From: Intoshia linei
Lineage: Eukaryota > Animalia > Orthonectida
DNA length: 64,000 nucleotides
NCBI GenBank assembly: GCA_001642005.1
Contig: LWCA01000008.1
Coordinates: 1-64,000 of the forward strand
Direction: 5' to 3'
Positions 12,672-25,239 of the stretch are shown one piece after another. Numbering within the stretch: position 1 is the first letter of the stretch; each line of letters opens with the position of its first letter. A program made the position numbers and the translations under genes. The notes under the pieces were generated by a model, which worked only from the letters and a program-made list of their open reading frames with translations, was not told the DNA's origin and made no database searches.

Positions 12672-15600
12672 TTATTTTTTGTTGTTTTTCTCGGTCAATT
12701 GACTGATCAACGAGTTAGCTATAATAAAAAAACAATGATTTGAAGTGTAATTTTCAGACGTCAAAAATATATTTTTAAATATATCCATCATTTTTTGAAA
12801 TTTTGAATCCGTAAAGTTAATCTTCATCAGATACATATAATGGTAGGTATAGGTGTACATTGTATTTTGGATACAATCTAAAAGTACAATAAAATAAAAT
12901 ACATTAAAGGAATTAATTACAATAAAAGTTACAAAAATTCAATTCTTAAAAATGATGAAATTATTTTATACTATCGTAGATGAGTAAATACTCTAATTTT
13001 TTTGAAAAAATCTCAATGATTGCAATGGAAAATGAACAATATAAAATTTGAGTTTCAACTGAAATTCACTCAGCTGAGAGGCCATATTAAATGAATTTAT
13101 TTGAAAGAATTGTAATTACCTTTAAGAAAGTGAATAGTGCATGTAACAATATCCGTCATTAAAATAAAACTTGTAGCGTTAACAATAATATAGTCTACAA
13201 AATCTAGCATGAGATGGTGATTATTTTTTAAAAAATATTTATAGAATCCTATTTCTTCATATTTTAAAATTATTCCGTATATTTTTTTAAAATTTTCGTA
13301 TTTGTTTAATGTAGTCATTTGGTGGAGTGTATACAAATATACAAGACGATAATTTCCTCGAGATATGCACAAATCCATTATATTGTCGAATTGGATATCA
13401 TTTTTCTCCAGTACATTTATTAGTATGTTAAGTAATATCGATTCTTCATTTTTACTCATCTCTTTTTCTTTATAGATAAAACGATCCGTTAATGGCTCCA
13501 ATAAACATTCTTTTAAAGGTAATCTAAAATTTTAATAATTTAAATGTAATTAATTCAAATCAAGGATGTATCGGAATTTATTTAATAAATTTTGTCCAAG
13601 ACCAGGTTGAATGTTATGTACTACTTCCAAACAAAACCTAGCTAATCTGAGGGCGGTCTTTTTAATTGTACCAAAAGAATAAATTCAATAAGTAAATCTA
13701 ACTTAAAAATGCTACCATTCAATATTATCAATCTTTTAAAGGAGTGGTTCCCAAACTTGTTCAATTTTTTGTGTGTATTAACTGGATATAACTGTATCAT
13801 CATTAAATTTTTTTAAATTCTATGGATGTTTTCATTTTTTATAAAATGGGTAATCTGTACTTTTGATCGTGAAAATGAATTTTTTTGAGGTTGCCATTTA
13901 TAATAATGCTTATGATTTTAAAAAAACTATCCCAGAATTTATGTTGTATAAAATTCTAGGACGGGTTTGAATTTAAAAAAAAAGGACAAATTTTTGACTT
14001 TGAAGGACTCCATTTCTGAAAATGACATTTGCCATAAAACATCACTCTCGAAAAACTGTAATAGAAATATGGAATTTTTAAAAATTGACTCCTCTTACTT
14101 TCTTAAATAATCTTTTTTTAATAAAAACAGCCCTAGAATTTAAAAGAATTTACAGGTGGTACAGTTGTATCCTGTTAACACATAAAAAAATTTTCAACGT
14201 CTTATATCAACATATTCTAATCCAAAAACAAATTTTAAAATGAACGAATATTTTTCAAATTTTAATATTCATTCCACAATTAAAAAAAAATAAGCGTAAA
14301 CTTGTATATTTAAAATTTAAAAATTTTGGATTTCAGTCTCACATATTAATTTTTTCGCATTTTCAGATTTCTAAAATTAACATAAACTGGAATGCACCTC
14401 TATCTTTTACTTATATAAAATTGAATGTCTGTGTGTGTTACCGTTTACTTAAAAAATTATCAGTCCGTTAATTTCTAATACAATTTTTCGAGTGTGATGT
14501 TTTAATGGAAATTTAATTTTCAGAAATTGTGTCTTCAGGGTCAAAAACACATTTTAACCATTTTTTTAAATAAAATCAGCACAAGAATTAAAAAAATAAA
14601 CATGTGTTGCTTTTTTACTAAGAAAAATAACTATGCTTAAATTTTGCGACTGGCCTCAAGGATTCTTGAATTAACTGGGTTACAGCATTTATAAAAATAA
14701 CTAGGTTGACTGTTATGTACTACGTACAAACAGGACCTAGCTAATATGAATACTAAAATGCTTTTTTGACTGTGAAGTCGTCACTTATTAGATTAAAATT
14801 TTGTGTGTTAACAGGATACAACTGTACCATCTGTAAATTATTTGAAATTCTAGGGCTGTTGTCATTAAAAAAAAAAAAGTAATTTGTGGTTTTGGCCCTG
14901 AAGATATAATTTTTGAAAATTTAAATTTATGTAAATGTTTATGATTTTAAAATCCGTATCAGCGTATATATTTTTTAAATTCTCCAACTTGTTTTATTTT
15001 CAAAAAAAAGGACAATTGGGGTTTTTGACCCGTAAGATATAAGTTTGGGAGGTTGAAATTTAGTTTGCGAACACCCCCGGAAAAATCTGTAATTGAAATG
15101 TAGTCTTTATAAAATTCTAAGACTGGTAGTTATTTCAATAAAGTAGGACACACACACAGACACACACATAAACAAAAATCGCGTAGCATATTATATAAGT
15201 TAGGATATACATTTTCGCTTCATTCCAATTAAATAAATAATCGACTTGATTCTTTATTATACAAGTTTCCACTATGAATATCAAAAAATCTTGTGTCAAT
15301 GGTTTGCTTTCATTTATTGTTTGAAAAATAGCATTAGCGAAATATATAGCTGGATGTAAATTCATACCTACGTCTTCAATTTCTATAAAATTTAAATATA
15401 ATATTTATATTGTTACTATAGTATTATTTTTGTGCTCCATCAATTAACGCCGAAAAATATTTTTGGTAACTACTGGATTAAACATTGGATAGGGCAACCA
15501 TATTTTAAAAACAGTGTATGTACTACTTGGGACTTAAAATTTTCATCTGACCGGGCCCACTGGTTGATATCCAGGTCTCTGATAATTATTAGAAAGTATT

Positions 15601-17604
15601 ACAAAAAACATTTATCCCTCTCCTTCTAGCACAAGGATTATTTATAAATGGTTCTAATTGACGCATTAACGGTTTCAAATTAATATAACCCAAGAGTTCC
15701 AAAACGTTTCACCCGTCGACTGTAATTTCACATTAAATTTTTCTAGATCAGTTTATCTAATTTTTAGGAAGCATTATCAAAATATTATCACTACATTATT
15801 TCTTTACTTCCATAGACTAAGGCTAAGTTCAATATTAAATTATAACTATCCAATTTTTAATCAACTGGATCTTGTATTATGGAAATTTAAAAAGTTTTTC
15901 CAATTTTGTAAAAAAATAACTGTGAAAGTCTAAAAATTAACACCTTTTTAAAATGTTAATGATTTTTTCGGCGGAGCATAAAAATAGGCGATATGATGAC
16001 ATAATACCCTTTGGCTACAATTTATATGATTTGCTATATAATTATACCACAAAAATCCATCATAATGTTAATATTTCTTAAAATTCCATTGGTAGAATTA
16101 ACAGCAATCCATGCAGCCTTTTTATAATTTTTAGCTTCCATAGCCAATTCGAAATTTCTCCTAATCTTAAAATCAAAACATGGTTCATTGCACTTGAAAG
16201 TTGAAATGGATTTATTCCTTGAAACATCAGAATAATCGACTTTTTCAATTTGAATATATTGAAAATCTATTTAAAATCAAAACTAAAAAATAAAATAATG
16301 TACCATCATAAAATTTATCAAAATTTTGCCAACACTGTAAAATTTTATTTCTAAATAACGTCATGATACTAATATTTTGATTGTTTAGAGATAATGTTTT
16401 GTAATTTTGAATTATTTTACATATTTTACTTTGTATATAAAATTTTTTTAAATTTTTTTTAAATAAATTTTCTTTTGTTTCTATAATTTGAGCTTTGTTA
16501 AGTATATATTCCTTCAATTTCTTTTTTGATTCGTGTGTTAATAATACCGCCTCATTCATTAAATTTTTTCTATTTAATTTGTAAGTTTCTTCATTTATTT
16601 CATTGCGGATGAGTTCTTGATCAGTTACTAAAAGTTAGATGAAAAATATTATATAAGAAACATTATTATAATAGTGTTTCTTAATCTCGCTACATCAAGT
16701 TTAAGTGAGATGGAAAATATTTCTACTTTCATTTTTTTTGAAAATACACTAAAAATTTTGCATAAAATTAAGATTTTTTTATTGACTCTATATAAACTGG
16801 AAAGGGTCGATAACCGATATTGCAAAACAATTTAAAATTACAATGAGTTAAATTGTTATCAATGCAAATTTTATCAAATTTTAACAAATTTTTATTTTCT
16901 ACTTCTTTGTGTTTTTGAATGATTAATATTTTCTCATTGATATCATCTTGAAGTATTAAATTTTTTCGTTTTATCATTAGTATTCTAAAAATTATCGTGA
17001 TCTATTTATACAATATGTAGATAAAATATGTAAAATTACTTTTCGGTTAGATCCTTTTCATGTTTTAAATATTTTTCAAGATTATTTTTTTGAACTGTCA
17101 ATCTGTTTACCAGTGCTTTTAATTCACACTGTTTTTGACGTTTTTTTAAATATTCTTCGATTTTGGCCTCGTAGACACTTTTAATTGTGAAAAATTGACT
17201 GTACCTTTTTGATAATTTTATTATCTAATTAATAAATAATGTATGTTTACATTTGGTTATCCTAAATCGTTTCACGGGTTGAAATGTAAAGAACAAGTTG
17301 AATTGTGGATTTTTAATGTTTTGGACATTAGACAGTGACGATATAACGACAGGTGAATTATGGATATGAATCTATTTTTTCCGTTTGGTTATAATTATAA
17401 AGTGGAAATTTTAGTAAGTCTCGAATTTTGAAAAATTTTATTTTATACATGGTATAACTTATAAGAAATTTTAAGTCACGTTTCACTGTTTATTACCTTA
17501 TTAAAATAATCGCGAGCTATATCGTATCTTTCTTCAATTCTATTGCAAGGTATCAGTGACAAATCATTCTTTAAGGAATTTTCCAATTCCTTCAAATATA
17601 CCAT
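12672..17604 (-). CDS. CLHC1: Clathrin heavy chain linker domain-containing protein 1 (multi-exon; 3' boundary approximate)
   Basis: Exon 17497-17604 (MVYLKE...RYDIARDYFNK) splices in phase 0 to 17040-17224 (IIKLSKRYSQFFTIKSVYE), resembling the TSNAXIP1_N-type start of CLHC1. A coiled coil and RPFP follow. The linker-domain motif RNFELAMEAKNYKKAAWIAVNSTNGILRNIN is at ~16030-16170, then PAIYFANAIF...VDYLFNW at 15211-15380. Confidence 0.78.
14701..15205 (-). mobile_element. Internally deleted non-autonomous Helitron with both termini, in a CLHC1 intron
   Basis: 5' A|TCCTAACTTATATAATATGCTACGC + GT microsatellite; 3' TGTACGTAGTACA-TAACAGTCAACCTAG|T; no TSD. Confidence 0.85.
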
Positions 17605-18564
17605 TTTGTATCTTGTATCCAAGAATATATACATACAAACAATTAAAAATTGATAATTTTATATTTATTAACATTTGCAAATAAAACTGAAAAAAAAATA
17701 TTATGACAAAGTTTTAGATATTGAATGTTAAATTTTCCATCTTTTTTTCAATTGAACAAATTACATTTTTACAATTGTTTATTGGGCTAATACAACAGAC
17801 TTTATAATCTTGCCCAAATTTTACTATAATTAGTGCGTGTTGTAAACGAGAAACTGCAATAATTCTAAATATTATTAATATAAAGTAACGAAAGATTAAT
17901 CGGACCAGTTTACCACGGAAGAAAAGCAGACAAGTGTATAATATCCTTATTTATATACCTTATATATTGTAATATGCTACGCAATTTTTGTTTATGTGTG
18001 TGTGTGTTCAACTTTATTTAAATAACTACCCGTTTTAGAATTTTATAAAGTCCACATTTCAATTACAGTTTTTTCCAGGGGTGTTCGCAAACTAAATTTC
18101 AACCTCCCAAACTCATATCTTACGCACGCATATCTTAATTTGAGCGCACCTTAAATTTTGATAAGAAAAAAAACATATCGATATTCGAAAATGGGCAAAG
18201 ATTAAAATCGATAAAAATATAAAATCATAATAATACAAAAATACTTTTAGGTGGTGACTTAAATTTAGTAATGAACATTTGACATATGATGCAATGTTAA
18301 TATTTTTGGTTTTCATCATATTATATTAAACGGTTATAAATACATATAAATACATTATATTAAATTGTAAATCCCAAAATATACATCACAGAATTGTCAA
18401 TGTAAAAGTTTGACATTAATTTTCAAAAATTTATAAAATAAAGTAAAATTTCTTTACGACGCACGAGATGTTTACTCATGAGTCATGATGCACAAGTGCG
18501 TCGCGACGCACGGGTTAAAAGTCACTGCATTTATCTTTACTTTGAGTAATATCATAGTTATTAA

Positions 18565-18606
18565 CCTTTTAGATGTGACCATATGGTCACATCTGGAAAA
18601 AATGGG
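18565..18606. repeat. TTAA-flanked 42-bp mini-element with a perfect 24-bp palindrome
   Basis: TTAA|CCTTTT-AGATGTGACCATATGGTCACATCT-GGAAAAAATGGG|TTAA. Confidence 0.65.
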
Positions 18607-19333
18607 TTAATACTGCATTTCTTCACTGGTTCCGACATAACTTAACTGGATCCATATGTGTTTATTTTAGCAAGATTTTTAATTAAATTGGCTGTAGACC
18701 CATAAAAAATAAAAAATGAAAAATAGAAAGCGTCAAAAAGCTTGACAATATATGAATTTAATGACAATTCATAGGGACGAATCCACAGTAAATATTATCT
18801 AATCGTCTGATTCTGTGTAATTTTCAGATAATTAGTTTTAGTAGAATTGGATACATATTTCGACATATGAGACCTTCTAAGTTATATACTTTATGCTTAC
18901 CTCATACATTCTCGTTTAACTACTATAAAATGTTCATTTTCAATTTCAATTCTATCAGATTCCCAACCATTTGCAAGTATGTTATATTCAATCTAAATAC
19001 AATCATATAAAAAACGCTATTGATAAAAAAGTGTTGTATAGATTCAGATGCATAGATTTCAAGAAGCAGAACAAGAATTCAAGAATCTTGTGTCATACAA
19101 CGTGCAGAATATTATTTATTAATTTAGTCAGCAGTATTGCCCATAAATATCTCAGTTAATCTATTATCATAGAAATTGTCGTATACCATATTCGAAAAAC
19201 CCCATTCTCAGTTTATATTGAAATTATTGCATTGATGACGTCAATGTGACGCAATTAACATGATTTAGAGACATTTAAGTAAATTAAAGGTGATTCAAGC
19301 AAAAATGATAAAAATTAAAATAATGCGTTATAC

Positions 19334-19997
19334 CAGTGCTTCCCAAATGAAGTGCCACCGCGCACTAGTGCGCCGGCAGCTAAATCTGATTTTTTTTAAA
19401 TTTTGATTATTTATTTTAACGATCTTTAATTTAAAATTATAAATTATTGCATTCGAGGGACCCTTATTAAAGAAGTTTGAGAACGACTGTGATAATAGAC
19501 ATTTTCAAAGATATGAATTTATTTAATGTATGTTGCATAGAATGTGTACAACTGTGAAATATACACATTCCACGGGCAAGTCGCAGAATGTATACATTTC
19601 ATGGATAAGTCGTAGAATGTGTAAAACTTTCAAACTTTATATTTTAGTTTAATTTTGGGTTTTATAAATTTTTGTAAACCAAATTTTAAGGGGCGTTTCT
19701 TAAAAATTTTTCTTTAAACCAAACTTTTAATGGGGGTTTTTAAGATTTTTTTTTGAACCTTTTAAACAATAATTGATAGGTTTTTTATGAGAAGACTCTT
19801 TCTTTCAATTTTTAAAATTGTCAAAATAATTTTGGGACCAAAATTTGATTCTTAAAATTTACTAAATATTCCCTTAAAAGTATGGTTCAAAAAAAATTTC
19901 TAAAACTCAAAATTAAACTAAAATATAAATGAAAATTTTACACATTCTATAAGACATATATAGTGCGCCGCAAACATAAAAAGTTTGGGAAGCACTG
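19334..19997. mobile_element. hAT (Charlie/Buster-like) MITE with a nested foldback element (~19530-19958)
   Basis: TIRs CAGTGCTTCCCAAA / TTTGGGAAGCACTG; perfect TSD cgttatac; internal long inverted repeat (~19610-19680 vs ~19887-19950). Confidence 0.88.
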
Positions 19998-20814
19998 CGT
20001 TATACAGTATCAAATCAAAACATATCAAGCATAGACACCTAAAAACATTTTCGCAAACGATGTGTCGTATCATATAACCCTAGTCACTCCTCCAAGGGTC
20101 TTAACTTGACATTATAAATTTAGCACACAAAATAATTGATATTCAAGAATTAAATTCTTTTAAATGATCAATTTGGAAAATTGAGGCCCCATTTTATATT
20201 TAGTAAAGTTATGTAAATCAAATTTTTCATATACAGTATTCTCTCTCTAATTCACCAAAGTCGGGAGTCGTGACCCGGGACTTGACGTAACTTCAAAAAA
20301 ATAAATAAATGTAACCATATCAACCACATATATTGTTTATTTTGATTAGAAAAATGTTTACTTCTAGACACTGTTAATAAAAGAATCTCTTCAAAACAAT
20401 ACATGGCGAGGTACAGAATTGGTGAGATGTATAAATTTTTTTTAACATTTCCAAAATAAAAAAAACATGATACGATTTACGGAATGGCGCCTTGTAGAGA
20501 GAATACGATATTTTGATGTCTTACATTTCGGTTGTAAATGGATTCTTCAGGAAACTTATCGATCTGGGTATCGGAGTAATCAAAAATACAAGCATAGTCG
20601 ATTAAATCTGTATCAACTATTTCAAAAACTTGAAAATGCATAAAAATTAAGTTTATATTCAAATAAAATGATAAAAATTTTACATGAAATTTATGAAATT
20701 TTAAATTATCTTTTAAAAAAGATGCAATTAAAATGAATTGTGTAATGGAAATTTATGTGTATAAAATTTACTACACATTGAAAAAATAAAAATTAAAAAT
20801 AAACTCAATAAATA

Positions 20815-21269
20815 TATATGTTACAGGCAGTTTGGAAATCCAGGCAATTTGAAAATTTCAGGCATTTGAAAATTTGAATTATTAGTCACGTTGTTATTTA
20901 ACCTAATTAATTAGAGTAAAATAAGATTAAAAATACACAAAATTAAATATAAATATACAATTGAATTGGATAAAAAAATATTCTCTGGTGTGAACACCAT
21001 AGAATATTTTTAATTTTTTTGTAAAATGGTTTGTAGGTAAAAAATTAATAATAATATTTCAGTTTTAACTGGGGTCTGTAGTCTAAATAACTGAGTTAAA
21101 CAAAGCTTTAGTTACTAAAGTTGACTCTAAATCTCACTCTCCAAATCTTAAATTAAGAAAATAATGAATGCGTTTAACCGATTTTATTAAACTAAGCTTT
21201 AGTTACCAAAGTTGCTCTATAGACAATTAATCTTCACAAATATAATTTTCACATTGCCTGTAACATATA
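20815..21269. mobile_element. MITE-like element directly upstream of DCTN2
   Basis: Perfect 15-bp inverted repeat TATATGTTACAGGCA / TGCCTGTAACATATA; internal segment shared with ~40478-40605. Confidence 0.65.
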
Positions 21270-21420
21270 CAATTGAATGTAACAGTAAAACAAAAATAAA
21301 GTGGATTAAAATGTTCAGTAACAACAAAGTTATTTTGAAATTAGTGATAATTGTATAAATAAAATTGATTGTAAAATTTTATAATATCCCTAAAAATCCT
21401 TTAATCATAGAAATTAAAAA

Positions 21421-22344
21421 ATGTTGTCTGAAAAATTAAAAAGTACAATCGAAACAGAAATTTATGAAACTGAATCAATATCAGATGAAATAATAACCGA
21501 AGAAAAAGAACAAGTTGAAGATGGATTTGAATTTTTAGAAACTTCTCCAGATGATTTTGAACGATTTAAAAAATATTTTTCTTCAAAAAACTTTATTCAA
21601 TCACAAACCGAGCAAAATTTATTAAATACAAATTCATTAAATCAAGAATTATGGAGTGCTCAATCGTTTTTTAATACAGATAAAAATGAAATTACTAGAA
21701 AGGATGATATTCATAACGAAATTAATCAAATTTCGACAATACTGTCAAATTTTCCAATCGACGCGTATACATTTAAATGTATTTCTCCAATAAACAGAAA
21801 CAAGAATGAATTGAAAAATTTTTTTGAAAATTGTAAGGGTATAAATGAAAAAATTTGTCAAGTTGAAGAAAGATTAAAAAATGTTGAAACTTTTATTGGA
21901 TTTTCAAATTTACCAAATTCATCGCTCAATGACTTGACTAAGGAAATTAGTAATATCAAAGCAATGTTAAGTACTGTCGATTTGGATAATTTGAAATCTG
22001 TTAAAAATTTTTTAAATGTTTTTATTCAGTTGCCACCGAATTTAACTAGCGATTTATTTAAAATTACTAAATTGAGTCAAGATGTTGAATCCATCAAGTA
22101 CATTTTAAATGTTGTGCCGTCTCTTGTTGATCGATTAAAAAGTCTTAATTTATTGAATTCTGAAGCTAAATCCAATTGGAATATGCTTTCTGATATTTTA
22201 CCTACCCAAAATTGTACAAATGAACACATTTCTAGTATTAAACAACAAATTGAGGATATGAATGTTAATTTAAATTATTTTCAAGAAATACTTATTAGTA
22301 ATGCTCAAAAATTAAATGTTAGATTGAATAAATTAAATGTTTAA
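21421..22344 (+). CDS. DCTN2: Dynactin subunit 2 (p50 dynamitin), single exon, 307 aa
   Basis: N-terminal EIYETESISDE (cf. DVYETSDLPED), FERFK, KICQVEERLKNVE, LSTVDLDNL, VPSLVDRLKSLNLLNSEA and a C-terminal coiled coil ending RLNKL, all collinear with dynamitin. Confidence 0.8.
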   Translation: MLSEKLKSTIETEIYETESISDEIITEEKEQVEDGFEFLETSPDDFERFKKYFSSKNFIQSQTEQNLLNTNSLNQELWSAQSFFNTDKNEITRKDDIHNEINQISTILSNFPIDAYTFKCISPINRNKNELKNFFENCKGINEKICQVEERLKNVETFIGFSNLPNSSLNDLTKEISNIKAMLSTVDLDNLKSVKNFLNVFIQLPPNLTSDLFKITKLSQDVESIKYILNVVPSLVDRLKSLNLLNSEAKSNWNMLSDILPTQNCTNEHISSIKQQIEDMNVNLNYFQEILISNAQKLNVRLNKLNV

Positions 22345-23050
22345 TTTACTTTTTTTTGATGAATCCATTTATACTTATTTTTTTTTATTGTTTTTGGTCG
22401 CATTGGCAACATTGTTACTTTACATGTAAAACATTTTAATAGTCCAGTTTCTTTGATTCTTTTTTTATTACTGTGTTAGAGATTTCTATTGTGCTACTAT
22501 TTTCAACATCTCGTATTTTGTCCATCTATTTTTAGCTTGTAAATATCTATACTATCTTAAAATAATAATAAATATGCTCAGATTATTATCGCCTTCAATT
22601 TGTATGATTTTAATAATGTTCACTAATGACAAATTTTATTTAATTTATTTTAAACACTTTTCAAAAAATTTCATTTTAAAAATACCAGTGAGGTATCAAA
22701 ATTAAATTAAATGTGCCTTAAAAATTATAAATATTTTGTGATTCTCCCTTATTTATTGAAAAAATTCACACTGACAATCATATTTGTTAGGCTTAATTTC
22801 TTTCAAATCCTTTGCTATATAAAAAGGAATGACTGTGTGCGTTCACTTAACTCTGTTTACTGTTCAGTGACAAACCTACCATACTTAAGACGCCAATTCG
22901 AACTTCATGGATACCAAAGTCTGGGTGTCCATAAATATTTTTTGAACAACTGTTACAATCCTTTACTCATATAAAATTGAATGTGTGTGTGTAAGTGTTA
23001 CCGTATATTTAAAAAACTAAGAGTCATAGAATTTAAGTAAACCCAATGTC

Positions 23051-23482
23051 TAGAGCCGTTTTAAGGCATGAGCAATATGGGTAGTAGCCCAGGGCCACTC
23101 ATTAGAAAAGCCCCTTAATTAATAAAAGTACTTTACACTTATGTCTTAAAAAAACCCAATTCATTAAAAAATACTTCACATTTATATATTAAGAAACATT
23201 TTATAAGTTTTGAAGTGTGGGAATTCAAATAGCTGGAAAGAAAATAGTTTAAAGAATCAAAATTCTGGTAAATATTCAATTTAAAATATATTCTACAATG
23301 TTCATCATATAATATTGACATAAAAACTGTTTCAAATAATAATATTAAACATTAAAACCTTTCTATTAAGTGAATTTTCAAAAAAGGGGCCCTAAAATTT
23401 TTTTATCGCTTCGCTCGAAATTTTAAAGGGCCTCCGGTCTTTTGCTTAGCCCAGGATCACGAAGTAGGTTAAGACGGCTCTG
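23051..23482. mobile_element. hAT-type MITE (family B) inserted in a Helitron-like element
   Basis: TIRs TAGAGCCGTTTTAA / TTAAGACGGCTCTG; perfect TSD ccaatgtc (23043-23050, 23483-23490). Confidence 0.9.
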
Positions 23483-23984
23483 CCAATGTCCAATCGAGTT
23501 TTTAGCAGGGGATGTTGACATTTATTTTTCAGTTTCCGAATTTGATTCCTACAGATGAAAAACACAATTTGGTCTATTGTTTAAAATAAAATCAGCCCTA
23601 AAATTTAAAAACATTAAATTCTGGGACGCATTTTAAAATCATTAACATTGTCGCAAATCTGAGCCTTAGAAATGCACAGTGTGCATGGTACACCTTCAAA
23701 GGCACAATTTATTCTTAGTTTTAAATTGAAACAAATTGCTTAAAATTTTATAATTACAAGTTCTGGGATAGTTAGAATCATAAGCATTATCATAAATGAC
23801 AGCCTCAAAAAGTTTATTTTTAGTATCAAAACCCATGATTACCCTTTTTAAAAATTAAAATAATCTTATGTTTTTCATGTATTAAATTGTAATATGATTG
23901 TTATACAACAAAATTTACAAATCTCAGGCTGCAAACAGTGCAGTACCAGGTATTACAATTTCTCTGTACATACAATATGTACTA

Positions 23985-24678
23985 TCCTTACTTATAAAAT
24001 ATGGTACGCAATATTTGTGTTTGTGTGTGTGTGTTCCACTTTATGTCAATAACTACTAGTCTTAGAATTTTATAAAGTACACATTTCAATTACAGGTTTT
24101 TCCGGGGAATATAATAAGATAAATTACAACCTCCCAAATTCAAATCTTACAAATCAAAAACCCCAATTGTCCTTTTTTTTGAAAATCAAACAAGTTGTAG
24201 AATTTAAAAAAATATATACGCTGATACGGATTTTAAAATGATAAACATTATCATAAATTTAAAAAAATTATATCTTCAGTGCTAAAACCACAAATTACCC
24301 TTTTTTCTATGAAATCAGCCCTAGAATTTAAAAAAATTACAGGTGGTACAGTTGTATTCTATTAACACACACAAAAAATTTCAATCCAGAATAAGTGACG
24401 ACTTCACGGTCAAAAAAACATTTTAGTATTCATATATTTTTTCCAAAATATTTTATTATAACTAAAAATGTGAAATAACGAAAATGTCCGAAATTAAAAA
24501 ACAGGGTTATTCTGATAGAGCTTATTTCAGTTGATGTAAATAAAAAATTTCAACCCCAGAAATCTGCGCATTCCTGGTGAAAAATAATTTTTAATATACG
24601 AGAGTATAATATATATATATATAGATAATATATAAGAGATAAGTGGTGTTTGTACGTAGTACATAACAGTCAACCTAG
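23985..24678 (+). mobile_element. Non-autonomous Helitron with both termini
   Basis: A|TCCTTACTTATAAAATATGGTACGC...(GT)n...TGTACGTAGTACATAACAGTCAACCTAG|T. Confidence 0.85.
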
Positions 24679-25239
24679 TGTATTATATAATTATTTTGTA
24701 AATATTGTTTTATCATATTGGTCACAATTCTGAGAAGGCTGTATCCCTCAAACACTCAATATCGAAATGCCACTGAATGGCAGTATAATGCAACATTTAT
24801 GTATTAAAAATTAATAATACTAGTAGAATCTACAATTATTATTATGAATAAATGTTTTATAATATAATTACTAATTTACGACAAAAATGTAATTCTACAT
24901 TTAAAACAACTAATCAATCCAATTTTAGCCTACTTATAATTAAACTGATTATATAAACTAGTATTTCTCTTAGTAATAGTAATATGTAAACAGTAATAAA
25001 TAATAATTTGTAATTCTGTGCCCTTGAGCAGTTTATATAGTTCATTAATCTTGTTACATTTTTGGATTTTACGTTAGCTAATTAAAACGAAAAATTTTAA
25101 CTAATGGAACGTAAAAAATACACAAATTTTGAAATTTCGTTCACTCTACTGTATATGGAAAAATACTAAATTCAATTTGAATAATATTAATTTTATTGTG
25201 TTTACAATATTAATTATAGTATCTGGAGTACAAAAACTA

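Noticed and set aside
17251-17371. Open AG...GT-bounded segment (IHIHNSPVV...) that looks like a CLHC1 exon
   Set aside because: Its 121 nt would shift the frame and leave a 26-nt intron; direct splicing 17497^17224 gives the CLHC1-like sequence.
20477-20662. 61-aa minus-strand ORF
   Set aside because: No recognisable motif or partner exons; overlaps the degenerate end of a pogo-like MITE (~20233-20509).
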